A stretch of DNA of 64,000 nt from Candidatus Babelota bacterium (lineage in GTDB: Bacteria > Babelota > Babeliae > Babelales > Chromulinivoraceae), in the NCBI GenBank assembly GCA_016183005.1, contig JACPFN010000008.1, forward strand, positions 11,016-75,015, given 5' to 3'. The number at the start of each line of letters is the position of its first letter. Within the stretch, counting starts at the first letter, position 1. The notes beneath the pieces were generated by a model that was not told where the DNA came from, made no database searches, and was given only the letters and a program-made list of their open reading frames with translations. The translations under genes were made by a program, and so were the position numbers. Positions 38,364 to 47,568 of this stretch are shown piece after piece.

Positions 38364-38666
38364 ATGTTACACTATAAAAAAATATTTTTAATTGCTGCTC
38401 TGGTGGCCATTTCACAAACCTATCAAGCAAAAGATACCAAAGAAACCAGATTCGAAAAATGGCGCCGTGAACACCGCGAACGTAAAGCTGAACATGAAAG
38501 AGAAAAGGCTAAAAAAGATGAAGAGTTAGCAAAAAAATATGAAAAAAAGGCAGCTAAGCATAAAAGAAGATATTATGAATGGGAAAAAAGGCACCATGAA
38601 CGCAAAGCAGATCATGAAAAACAGAAGGCAGCAAGATTAGAAAAATCGCTAAATAAGCCTAGATAA
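38364..38666 (+). CDS. small secreted basic repeat protein
   Basis: Signal MLHYKKIFLIAALVAISQTYQA, then two similar units KWRREHRERKAEHEREKAKK / EWEKRHHERKADHEKQKAAR. Confidence 0.55.
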   Translation: MLHYKKIFLIAALVAISQTYQAKDTKETRFEKWRREHRERKAEHEREKAKKDEELAKKYEKKAAKHKRRYYEWEKRHHERKADHEKQKAARLEKSLNKPR

Positions 38667-38675
38667 TGTCATCAA

Positions 38676-38710
38676 AAAATGGTGCTTTAATTAATTTAAA
38701 GCACCATTTT
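38676..38710. terminator. bidirectional terminator between convergent genes
   Basis: Perfect 15-bp inverted repeat aaaatggtgctttaa / ttaaagcaccatttt with a 5-nt loop. A-run on one side and T-run on the other. Confidence 0.75.
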
Positions 38711-38724
38711 TCCTAAAATTAATT

Positions 38725-40056
38725 TTATTGTAAATCAAAGGATTGCAAATATTGAGCAACTACAACAGACCATCCAAAACGCTCTTCAATCTTATGTTTT
38801 AAGGATTCTGCAGCCTCTGGTTGGCCATGTGTAACAAATACTTTTTTAACTTTACTTTGAAATGATTCAAGCCATTTTAAAATTTCTTGATAGTCTGCAT
38901 GAGCAGAAAAAATATCTAAATTTTTAACCTCTGCATGCACATCATAAACATTATTTTTTATTTTTATCTGTTTTGCCCCATGAACTAAATCATAACCAAG
39001 CGTCCCTTCAACCTGAAATCCTACAAAAAGTACGGTATTTTTTTTGTCATAAATAAAATGTTTTAAATGATGCAATACCCTTCCACCTTCAGCCATTCCG
39101 CTACCTGCAATAATAATTTTTGAGGCATCACTTTTATCAAGAGCCTTAGACTCTTGTGCTGTACGAATATAAGTAGCTGTAGTCATTATATTACTGCACT
39201 CTAAAGCTGTTATCTTAAGCTCTTGGGGAAAATGACATAAAAGATTAGATGCTCGTATAGCCATAGGACTATCTAAAAAAATAGGAATATCTGGAATAAG
39301 TTTTTGCTCTTTGAGCTTAGATAAGCAATATAATATTGTCTGAGCTCTGCCAACAGCAAATGATGGAATTATCAAAGTACCGCTCTTTGCAATGGTTGCA
39401 TTTATTATCTGAGCCAAAATTTTTAAAGCATCAACTTTTTCATGCAGCTTATTACCGTAAGTTGATTCGATAATTAAAAAATCTGTTTGCTGGAGTAAAG
39501 TTGGTGATTTCATAAGAAATTGATTAAAGCCACTTAGATCACCAGAAAAAGTTACCATATTATTTCCATCTGAGATAATGACAAAAGATGAGCCAATAAT
39601 ATGTCCTGACGGTAACAAAGTAATCTTTAATTTTCCTATATTAATCGGGGTTTGATAATTTACTACCTGAAAGAATCGTAATGAATACTCAGCGTCACGC
39701 TTTGTATACAAAGGCTGCGCAGTTCCATGAGATTCTTTGGCATCTTCCTCTTGAACCAATCCACTATCAACTAATAATATGGAACATAAATCATAGGTAC
39801 CTTGAGAGCAATAGATCTTCCCCTTAAAACCATTTTTAACTAAGAATGGAATATAACCACTATGATCAATATGAGCATGGGTTAAAATAATTGCATCAAC
39901 TTTTTTAGCATCTAATAAAAACTGATCTTTCTGATATTGCTTAATCTCAGGCCCTTGAAAAAGACCACAGTCAACTAAAATATTAATATTTTCATGCTCA
40001 ACTAAATACCTAGATCCTGTTACTTCTTCTGCCGCACCTAAAAAGGTTATCTTCAT
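38725..40056 (-). CDS. metallo-beta-lactamase fold, beta-CASP type RNA-metabolising hydrolase
   Basis: MKITFLGAAEEVTGSRYLV...VDCGLFQG...AIILTHAHIDHSGYIP. Size and C-terminal region are typical of bacterial CPSF73/RNase J-like beta-CASP proteins. Confidence 0.82.
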   Translation of the reverse strand: MKITFLGAAEEVTGSRYLVEHENINILVDCGLFQGPEIKQYQKDQFLLDAKKVDAIILTHAHIDHSGYIPFLVKNGFKGKIYCSQGTYDLCSILLVDSGLVQEEDAKESHGTAQPLYTKRDAEYSLRFFQVVNYQTPINIGKLKITLLPSGHIIGSSFVIISDGNNMVTFSGDLSGFNQFLMKSPTLLQQTDFLIIESTYGNKLHEKVDALKILAQIINATIAKSGTLIIPSFAVGRAQTILYCLSKLKEQKLIPDIPIFLDSPMAIRASNLLCHFPQELKITALECSNIMTTATYIRTAQESKALDKSDASKIIIAGSGMAEGGRVLHHLKHFIYDKKNTVLFVGFQVEGTLGYDLVHGAKQIKIKNNVYDVHAEVKNLDIFSAHADYQEILKWLESFQSKVKKVFVTHGQPEAAESLKHKIEERFGWSVVVAQYLQSFDLQ

Positions 40057-40296
40057 AAATATACTCTCGTAAATCTTCTTTTAATATACCTCATAATACT
40101 TATAATGGCCTTAAGACAATCTAATCTGTAATATTTTAAAAGATTAACAATTCCGCATATCGATCAACAAGATTTTAATATAAAAGCATAAGCAAACTGG
40201 CATAAACAAATAAGAAAATCTCCAAATAAAAATAGCCAAGTTTATATTGTTGTAGTAACTTTTACTAAGTAATTTATAACCAATAAATATATTAAA

Positions 40297-42048
40297 ATGT
40301 TAACTATTAATAGAATATTATTTAAAAAGATATCAACACTCTCATACTTGGTCGTATTATATGCATGCATAATTGTGTTAAGATTATTTTATTTTCAAAT
40401 TATCGAACATGAAAAATTTGAATTATCTGGTAAAAAAAATTTTTTACGCATGAAAGTTATCCCTGCACAACGAGGAAATATTTTAGATTGTAATGGAATT
40501 GCTCTTGCTACAAACCAACCAATTACCAAACTAATTTGGAAAGGAAGCGGCAATATACACCTAAGCAATGAGCAAGAAAAAGCACTTAATAAAATCTATT
40601 CCATTTTACAAAAGGAGCCTGTAAGCAAAGGGCTCATTCAGCGTGCAGAGAAATATTCGCTTGATGTAACAATAGCCCAAAGAATTTCTCAAGAAGAATT
40701 ATCACAAATAGCAGAACAATGCAGCGATATCGAAAATATACATTTTACAACATCTTTTCATAGATTCTACCCTTATAATAAAGTAGCAAGCCACCTACTA
40801 GGATACTTAGGTGATTTATCAGAGTCGGCACAAGGAAAAATGGGTTTAGAAAAAATTTGCCAAGAGACTTTACAAGGAGACCCTGCAATCTTAATGCAAT
40901 CAACGAATTCTTTTGGCTCACTTCTTGATAGCCAAGAGCTTAAACAAGGTAATGCCGGCGAAGATATTGTAACAAGTATCGATTTAGATATTCAATTAAT
41001 GCTTGAAAAAACATTAGAGCAAGAAGAAGCTGGATCTTGTATAATTTTTGAACCCAAAACAGGTTATATCAAAGCATTAGTAAGTAAGCCAAATTTTGAT
41101 CCTTCTATCTTTTCTGAAAAATTAGATGATGAGCAATGGCAAGAGCTTCAAAAAAACAAAGTTTTCTTAAATAGAGCATTTAATGCCACGTACCCTCCTG
41201 CCTCTATTTTTAAATTAGTTACTATCTCTGCAGCACTTGAAGAAAAAATTATCAGCCAGGATTCTCGATTCTTTTGCGCTGGTTATACAAATTTTAAAGG
41301 ACGTGATTATCACTGTAATAACCATACTGGTCACGGATATGTTTCAACAGAAGACTCTCTTGCTCTGTCATGTAATATCCCATTTTTTGAAATAGCAAAA
41401 AAGATACATATCGATACGCTTGCTGATTATGCATTTAAATTTGGGCTAGGAAATAAAACAAATATCCCATTCAGCGAACAAACTGGATTAATACCAACCA
41501 ACAAGTGGAAACTTAAAAACAAAGGTGAACGATGGTGGACTGGAGAAAATCTATCGGCATGTATAGGACAAAGTTTTTTACTCGTAACCCCTATCCAAAT
41601 TGCATGTATGATTGGTGCTATATTTCATGGAAATCTTATAAAACCAAGAATACTCATACATCAACCAATAGAAAAAACACCGATTACCATACAACCTCAA
41701 ACAAGACAATTCTTACAGCTCTGTATGAGATCTGCAAGTAGATTTGGTACAGCAAAAAGAACCAATAAAATTGGTAACTTAATTATTTTTGCAAAAACAG
41801 GTACAGCTCAAACTAAAACTCGAAAAACTAGCGAAGTTCCACAAGAAGCAAAAAATAAAGATGATAAAGAGCATGCATGGTTTGTAAGCTATTTTTATAC
41901 AGAAAATTCAGAACCATTGGTTATGGTTATGCTTTTAGAACATGTAGGTAAATCGATTTATACGGCAAAGGTTGCTGTAAAATTTCTTATTCAATATAAT
42001 GAATGGATTGAAAAAAAGACCATCACCCAAGGTAATGGTCCTTTTTAA
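40297..42048 (+). CDS. mrdA: penicillin-binding protein 2 (class B transpeptidase)
   Basis: N-terminal TM anchor, QRGNILDCNG, and active-site triad motifs SIFK (SxxK), SCN (SxN) and KTGTA (KTG). Confidence 0.85.
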   Translation: MLTINRILFKKISTLSYLVVLYACIIVLRLFYFQIIEHEKFELSGKKNFLRMKVIPAQRGNILDCNGIALATNQPITKLIWKGSGNIHLSNEQEKALNKIYSILQKEPVSKGLIQRAEKYSLDVTIAQRISQEELSQIAEQCSDIENIHFTTSFHRFYPYNKVASHLLGYLGDLSESAQGKMGLEKICQETLQGDPAILMQSTNSFGSLLDSQELKQGNAGEDIVTSIDLDIQLMLEKTLEQEEAGSCIIFEPKTGYIKALVSKPNFDPSIFSEKLDDEQWQELQKNKVFLNRAFNATYPPASIFKLVTISAALEEKIISQDSRFFCAGYTNFKGRDYHCNNHTGHGYVSTEDSLALSCNIPFFEIAKKIHIDTLADYAFKFGLGNKTNIPFSEQTGLIPTNKWKLKNKGERWWTGENLSACIGQSFLLVTPIQIACMIGAIFHGNLIKPRILIHQPIEKTPITIQPQTRQFLQLCMRSASRFGTAKRTNKIGNLIIFAKTGTAQTKTRKTSEVPQEAKNKDDKEHAWFVSYFYTENSEPLVMVMLLEHVGKSIYTAKVAVKFLIQYNEWIEKKTITQGNGPF

Positions 42049-42058
42049 TAAATTTAGA

Positions 42059-43777
42059 TTATTTAGCCTTTTTAATAGAATAGGCAAGCTCAAGAATACG
42101 CTGAACAAATACTGGATCAACTCTTCGATTATCACTTTCTGCGGGCAAGAATTTAGAAGATATTCCTAGTACTGATAACGGCTTAATTTCTAGATTACCT
42201 TTTTCTACGGGTAATACGCTCGAAGAAATTTCAGATACTGATAGCGGCTCAACTTTTAAAGTTTTTAAATTATTTTTTTCTGTTACCAATAATTTAGAAT
42301 ATATTCCAGATAATGCTTTTTTAAATTGTTCAACAATAGATAAGATATTTCCATCAAACTGTTCACGTGATTCAAAGCCTGTAACTATATCTTGAAGCTT
42401 ACTATTTATATTTTCATATCCTACAAAATCAAGATTTGGATTTGCAAAATCTTTCATCCATCTGTTTTGGTTCTGCTGTAATACTGTCAATTTAGTAGCA
42501 GAATTCTCTACAGTTTCAATGCTATTAAATGCCTTACGAATCATATCATTAATTTTTGGTTGAATATTTTGAGTAATTTCATTAAAAAATTCATCTGTAT
42601 ACTGTAAGCGATTTAAATTAATTCTGGCCATTAACTCTTTAAATAAGTTTTCTTGAACTTTTATAGCAGAACTACTCTCTTGAATATTCTTTAAAAGAGT
42701 CTCTATCCTTTTATATAGATTTGTTGCTTTACTATCTTTCTGCACTATCTCTCTTTTTATTTTTGCTAATTGAGCGATCTGTTCTTTTTTAAAATCTTCT
42801 TCTTCTTGCTTAGGAGCCTTCTCAGCTTCTTCCGATGCTCTTTTTACTTGTAATTCTTTTTGTTTACGAACCTTTTCAGCTTCTTCCAATGCTTTTTTTG
42901 CTTGTAATTCTTTAACTTCTAGCTCTCGCACTTTTTTATTAAGCTCTTGCTCTCGTTGCTCTTTTCGTTTCATAATTGCATCAAAATCTACTAGTACAGT
43001 TTCTGAATTTATTCCTTTTGTTTTTTCTTGTTTTTGCAAAGCTAAATATTTTTCTTCTTGTTTTGTTTTATCTTCTAATTCTTGTGTCCTTTGTAACTTT
43101 TGTTCTATTTTTTGTAATACGGTACTTGCTGTTGCTTCTACTTTTTTACTTTTTTGTTCTTCTGTTTGAGCTGTTGCTAATGCTAAAGCAGCTGCATTTT
43201 CTCTTTCTGATTCATTTAATCCTTTTCCTTCCCCCTTTTCTGCCTGTGATTTTTGTGAAATTATAGTTAATCGTTCATTCATTCTTTGCATGTTATCCAA
43301 TACATCCTTATCCCTTGTTTTAATCCTTTGCAATGATTCATTTATTGTTGCTATAGCTTTATCTATGGTAACCGTATCATCTGAAAAAAAGATCTCATAA
43401 GCACTTTCCCATTCAATTAAAGCATTTTTTATAATTTCTATCTGAGATTCTATTACTTTTGAATCACTAGCCACTTTCGTTTTCTCTTTATTAAGCAGTT
43501 GGACTATTATTATATTTGTGGAATTATCTTTTAACTTTGCAGCAATATTTGCCATTGAATCTGCTAAATCTTTTTTCACTTTATCGAAATACTTATTTAA
43601 TGTTGCCCGAACATCTTTAACATTATTTTTATTTTCTTTATCAACCTTGATTGAATAATGTGGTATATCGATATACACGATATTCTTTTGAAAAGATGCT
43701 GCAAAATTAGTACTTGAATATACTAATCCCAAACTCATTACACCGACAGAAAATAGATATAATCTTTTATACATCAT
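42059..43777 (-). CDS. signal-peptide coiled-coil protein, paralog family member 1
   Basis: MMYKRLYLFSVGVMSLGLVYS signal. Long K/E/Q-rich helical core with an internal 54-nt tandem duplication. C-terminal RILELAYSIKKAK motif shared with members 2-4. Confidence 0.7.
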   Translation of the reverse strand: MMYKRLYLFSVGVMSLGLVYSSTNFAASFQKNIVYIDIPHYSIKVDKENKNNVKDVRATLNKYFDKVKKDLADSMANIAAKLKDNSTNIIIVQLLNKEKTKVASDSKVIESQIEIIKNALIEWESAYEIFFSDDTVTIDKAIATINESLQRIKTRDKDVLDNMQRMNERLTIISQKSQAEKGEGKGLNESERENAAALALATAQTEEQKSKKVEATASTVLQKIEQKLQRTQELEDKTKQEEKYLALQKQEKTKGINSETVLVDFDAIMKRKEQREQELNKKVRELEVKELQAKKALEEAEKVRKQKELQVKRASEEAEKAPKQEEEDFKKEQIAQLAKIKREIVQKDSKATNLYKRIETLLKNIQESSSAIKVQENLFKELMARINLNRLQYTDEFFNEITQNIQPKINDMIRKAFNSIETVENSATKLTVLQQNQNRWMKDFANPNLDFVGYENINSKLQDIVTGFESREQFDGNILSIVEQFKKALSGIYSKLLVTEKNNLKTLKVEPLSVSEISSSVLPVEKGNLEIKPLSVLGISSKFLPAESDNRRVDPVFVQRILELAYSIKKAK

Positions 43778-43850
43778 CCTTCATTCTCCTTTTTTAAAAT
43801 TAAATAAGACGATTTTTCATTAGGATACATTTAATATTTTCAAAAAATCA

Positions 43851-43911
43851 ATAAGAAGAGAGAAAGCTTCCTGTTTAGTTTATAGCAGCAAAAAGCTTTC
43901 TCTCTTCTTAT
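43851..43911 (-). terminator. hairpin between family members 2 and 1
   Basis: Perfect 19-bp inverted repeat ataagaagagagaaagctt / aagctttctctcttcttat. Confidence 0.55.
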
Positions 43912-44081
43912 TCTGATTCAAATTGATTAATCATCGAATGGGAATATTTACCTAATCGATGCTCTATTCACAAAGGCTACAGCTCGATTAAAAAACGCAC
44001 ACGGTTTTAATGACGGCTTGGTTTCTTAACGACAACAAAAAGATTTAAAACGCGTGCAACTTTATCCTCTTTTTCTTGCAT

Positions 44082-45722
44082 TTAAGCACGCTTTCTATTG
44101 TCGCGTATCATAGCCTTTCTATCTTTTTCTAATTTAACTACATGAAAAAGCTCAAGTACACGATCAACTGCCTTAAGATCAATTGATAAACTATCATCTT
44201 TTTTCATAAGTAACCCTTGAAGTAATCGTGATATTTTTTCTCTATTTTTTTGTATCAATGTTAATATGTCATTAAAATGATTATGCTCAGAAAAAAAGGA
44301 GTTTGCTAAATAATCCATTCTTCCATCTATTTTTTCAATATCATTAGGATTAGAAATATCTTCTATAAAATCATTTTCCATACGAGATCTTTCTCGATAT
44401 AGACTGATTAAATGATCCAAGCTTATTTTTGCTTGAGAAAAAAGATCAAAAAAGTTTCGTACATCTACCTTTACATCTTCTGATACAGAAGGTAATTTAT
44501 TCAATGTAATATTTAACCCTGTCCAATACTTTACTTGTCCATCTAAAACAGCTTTAGACGTTTCTATGATCTCTTTTAAAGGATCTAATTTTCCTATTTT
44601 AGCTTGGATCTTAGCATCTATCGCAGCATTTTTATCGAATAATGCTACTGTATTCACAAAATTATCTTTGATTTTTTTTATGGCATTATAATTATCATAA
44701 ATTTCTTTCAAATTACTATTAATTAGTACAACATTATCGACATTAACCTTATCAAGAATCTTTCTTGTTTGCTCAATATCACCTATTATTTTATTTGCAA
44801 AATGATAAGCAGCATCTTGATCATTAATTAATTTTTTCTTCTGAACAGAAAGATTTCTTTTAAACTGTTCTGAATTATATTTAAATTTAGCAGAGGTAGA
44901 TAAAGTTAAATATTGAGATTTTCTTATATATTCTTGCATATTGTTTCCAATCTCAAATATGAGATTTTCTTGCTGTTCTCCTACCTCAGTTAGATATTGC
45001 TTGACCAAATTTTGCAAATCGCTCAATTCCTGTTGATTTTTAATATCAGCTATAAATGCTTTTTTATCTGGTATATGTATGCTTACCATGCTGGATGTAG
45101 CAGGGACATCAACAGTATCTGATTTTTTTGTATCTAATATCTCTGTGCTTTCAAAATTTTTTAATACTTTTTGAACTTCATCTTTAATAGATTTTAGCAA
45201 ATCGTACTCTTTTTTAATTTTCTGCAAACTGTCATTAATCTTAATTACAGCAGCTTTTATTTTTTCTTCATTATTTTTGCCAATCACCTTTAATTCTCGG
45301 TCCCAATCATCTAAAGCCATATCTGTCTGCTCAATCTGATCTTTTACTTTTTGACGTATAGATAAAATTGCTTTCTGATCATCCTCAAACATTTTTTTAT
45401 CTCTGCTTAAATTATCTTGAAGCTCTTTTGTATTGCTCGATAATATTACAGATCCAACGGTATCGTTATATGATGCAATATCCGTAGTTATACTTGCTAT
45501 TAATAAACCAAGACCATCTTTGACTTCTTTTAAATAGCTTGCTACTGAATATATTGCTCCATCATTTTCTGAATTGTTTTGCATAGAAAATTTAAGTGGG
45601 TTTTTATCAGGAACATTTATAACAGCATATCCCACCTCAACTTCACCCACAAAACTACCAGGATATACTGCTTGCCAACTCATAATAGAAATCAAAAGCA
45701 AGTGCAATCTTTTATCTATCAT
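44082..45722 (-). CDS. signal-peptide coiled-coil protein, paralog family member 2
   Basis: ATG 45722 (MIDKRLHLLLISIMSWQAVYPGSFVGEVE..YAVINVPDKNP) is preceded by aaaagggagaa; the track start TTG 45746 is less likely. C-terminal VDRVLELFHVVKLEKDRK. Confidence 0.7.
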   Translation of the reverse strand: MIDKRLHLLLISIMSWQAVYPGSFVGEVEVGYAVINVPDKNPLKFSMQNNSENDGAIYSVASYLKEVKDGLGLLIASITTDIASYNDTVGSVILSSNTKELQDNLSRDKKMFEDDQKAILSIRQKVKDQIEQTDMALDDWDRELKVIGKNNEEKIKAAVIKINDSLQKIKKEYDLLKSIKDEVQKVLKNFESTEILDTKKSDTVDVPATSSMVSIHIPDKKAFIADIKNQQELSDLQNLVKQYLTEVGEQQENLIFEIGNNMQEYIRKSQYLTLSTSAKFKYNSEQFKRNLSVQKKKLINDQDAAYHFANKIIGDIEQTRKILDKVNVDNVVLINSNLKEIYDNYNAIKKIKDNFVNTVALFDKNAAIDAKIQAKIGKLDPLKEIIETSKAVLDGQVKYWTGLNITLNKLPSVSEDVKVDVRNFFDLFSQAKISLDHLISLYRERSRMENDFIEDISNPNDIEKIDGRMDYLANSFFSEHNHFNDILTLIQKNREKISRLLQGLLMKKDDSLSIDLKAVDRVLELFHVVKLEKDRKAMIRDNRKRA

Positions 45723-45748
45723 TTTTAATTCTCCCTTTTTGATCAAAC

Positions 45749-45777
45749 AGAATAACGTTTAATCAGACTACACTCAA
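45749..45777 (-). promoter_or_regulatory. candidate sigma70-type promoter of family member 2
   Basis: The minus strand reads TTGAGT - 17 nt - TATTCT about 27 nt upstream of the ATG. The same element is conserved upstream of members 3 and 4. Confidence 0.4.
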
Positions 45778-45799
45778 TATTTTAAAAAAATCAATACGT

Positions 45800-45848
45800 A
45801 TAAAGAAAGCTTCTTATTTGTTTTACAATAACAAGAAGCTTTCTTTAT
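45800..45848 (-). terminator. hairpin between family members 3 and 2
   Basis: ataaagaaagcttctt / aagaagctttctttat inverted repeat (16 bp), about 42 nt after the member 3 stop. Confidence 0.55.
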
Positions 45849-45889
45849 TTAATTCTGATTCAAGTCAATTAATTATCAAATAGTACTAT

Positions 45890-47401
45890 TTACCTATTTG
45901 ATTTTTTCTTTACAAAAACTAAACGACTCAATTCAAGAGTGCGCACAGCTTTAACAATTTTTTGATCCTTAACAGCAACAAAAAGATTTAAAACACGTGC
46001 AACCGCATCCTCTTTTGTTTGCATTTCAACACGTTTTCTAGCTTCGTCCTTCATATCCATTTTATTTTTTTCTAATTTAACTACATGAGAAAGTTCAAGT
46101 ACACGCCCTACTTCTGCAGGATAAATCTTGCGAAATTTTTGTTTTTCAATTAATAATGTTGTAAATAATTCTGATAATTCTCTTTGATATTTTTCAGCGT
46201 CTTTAAGTTTATTTGAAGAAGAATTAGATAATTGACCAAGAGTTAATACTATTTTTGAAATTTCATCATCCATCTTAGCTTTTTCTATAAGATTACTTGT
46301 CTCGCTAATTTTTTCTTCTAATGCTTTTTTATTTTTATTCGATTCTTTAATTTCAGTTAACACATTATCTATATCCGTAATAACTGAATTAAATCCTTTA
46401 AAAATACGATCTCTATCGGGTTTAAATTTATTACCAATATCTTGTATAAACTCAGCTGAATATCTTGAAGAATCAAACTCAATGTCTTTTAATAAATTAT
46501 CAATTCTTCCCAATAATCCTTCCATTAATTCTCTTAATTGAGCAATTTGTTGTATGTTTTGTGCTATATTTTCGTCAAATATTGTTGATCGTTTTTCATT
46601 AAGTTTGACACTTGCCTGTATTGCCACTTTCTCTGCTTCTTCTGCATTTCTTGCTGCTTTTTCTGCATCTTGCTGTGAAACTGTTGCCGCTTTTACCGTT
46701 GTCTTATTAGGGGCTACAGCTGCTGCTTTTTGCGCATCCGCTGCTACTTTTTCTGCTTTTTGCTTATCTGCTCTTGCTTTACGTGCTACTTCATCTGCTT
46801 TATCTTTTGCTGCTTCAGTATCAAATAATGTTATTGAGTTAGTAATGTCGTTCATAATCTTTTCTGCAGCGGTATACTCTTTTAAAATAACCAATAAGTT
46901 GCTATTTATGAAATCTACTTGTGATAATATTCTTCTTTCTTCATTGTGCAAAACTAGACTTAACACATGACCCCATTCTTCCAAAGAAGAATCTATATCA
47001 TTAATTTTTTTTTCAATGTTTTTTACATTAGTTAAAAATGCTACTTGATCATCATTAAATTTTTTTTCCTTTTTATTCGAACTATCGATAAAACCTTGCG
47101 TATAACTAGATTTATCATTATTTACGCGCACAAATTTAGCTAAATAAGATTCAACATCTTTAGCCATCTTTTTTTTAAATGAATCAAGGCTTTCTTTGAC
47201 ACTCTTTAAATATTTTTCTACAGAAGCCATTGCCTTATCATTTTCTCCATTTTTTTGCATATTAAAGCGTAATGGTTCTTTGCCAGGAATATTTATAACA
47301 GCATATCCTGCCGGCTCAACTTCACCCACAAAACTACCTGAATATACTGCTTGCCAACTCATAATAGAAATCAAAAGCAAGCGCAATCTTTTATCTGACA
47401 T
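45890..47401 (-). CDS. signal-peptide coiled-coil protein, paralog family member 3
   Basis: ATG 47401 (MSDKRLRLLLISIMSWQAVYSGSFVGEVE). Ala/Lys-rich centre. C-terminal half is nearly identical to member 4. Three copies of the (R)VLEL..V.K motif at the C-terminus. Confidence 0.72.
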   Translation of the reverse strand: MSDKRLRLLLISIMSWQAVYSGSFVGEVEPAGYAVINIPGKEPLRFNMQKNGENDKAMASVEKYLKSVKESLDSFKKKMAKDVESYLAKFVRVNNDKSSYTQGFIDSSNKKEKKFNDDQVAFLTNVKNIEKKINDIDSSLEEWGHVLSLVLHNEERRILSQVDFINSNLLVILKEYTAAEKIMNDITNSITLFDTEAAKDKADEVARKARADKQKAEKVAADAQKAAAVAPNKTTVKAATVSQQDAEKAARNAEEAEKVAIQASVKLNEKRSTIFDENIAQNIQQIAQLRELMEGLLGRIDNLLKDIEFDSSRYSAEFIQDIGNKFKPDRDRIFKGFNSVITDIDNVLTEIKESNKNKKALEEKISETSNLIEKAKMDDEISKIVLTLGQLSNSSSNKLKDAEKYQRELSELFTTLLIEKQKFRKIYPAEVGRVLELSHVVKLEKNKMDMKDEARKRVEMQTKEDAVARVLNLFVAVKDQKIVKAVRTLELSRLVFVKKKSNR

Positions 47402-47427
47402 TTTTAATTTTCCCTTTTTAATCAAAC

Positions 47428-47456
47428 AAAATAACGTTTAATCAGACTACACTCAA
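47428..47456 (-). promoter_or_regulatory. candidate sigma70-type promoter of family member 3
   Basis: The minus strand reads TTGAGT - 17 nt - TATTTT, followed by aaaagggaaaa and the ATG. Confidence 0.4.
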
Positions 47457-47478
47457 TATTTTAAAAAAATCAATACGT

Positions 47479-47527
47479 ATAAAGAAAGCTTCCTATTTGT
47501 TTTACAACAATAGGAAGCTTTCTTTAT
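47479..47527 (-). terminator. hairpin between family members 4 and 3
   Basis: Perfect 18-bp inverted repeat ataaagaaagcttcctat / ataggaagctttctttat. Confidence 0.55.
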
Positions 47528-47568
47528 TTAATTCTGATTCAAATCAATTAATTATCAAATAGTACTAC

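Noticed and set aside
42976-43266. Plus-strand ORFs antisense to the coiled-coil paralogs (42976-43266, 46554-46970, 48335-48667, 47196-47441, 45574-45762)
   Set aside because: They are complement frames of K/E/A-rich genes and translate to L/F/S/A-rich low-complexity strings. They recur only because the sense genes are paralogous.
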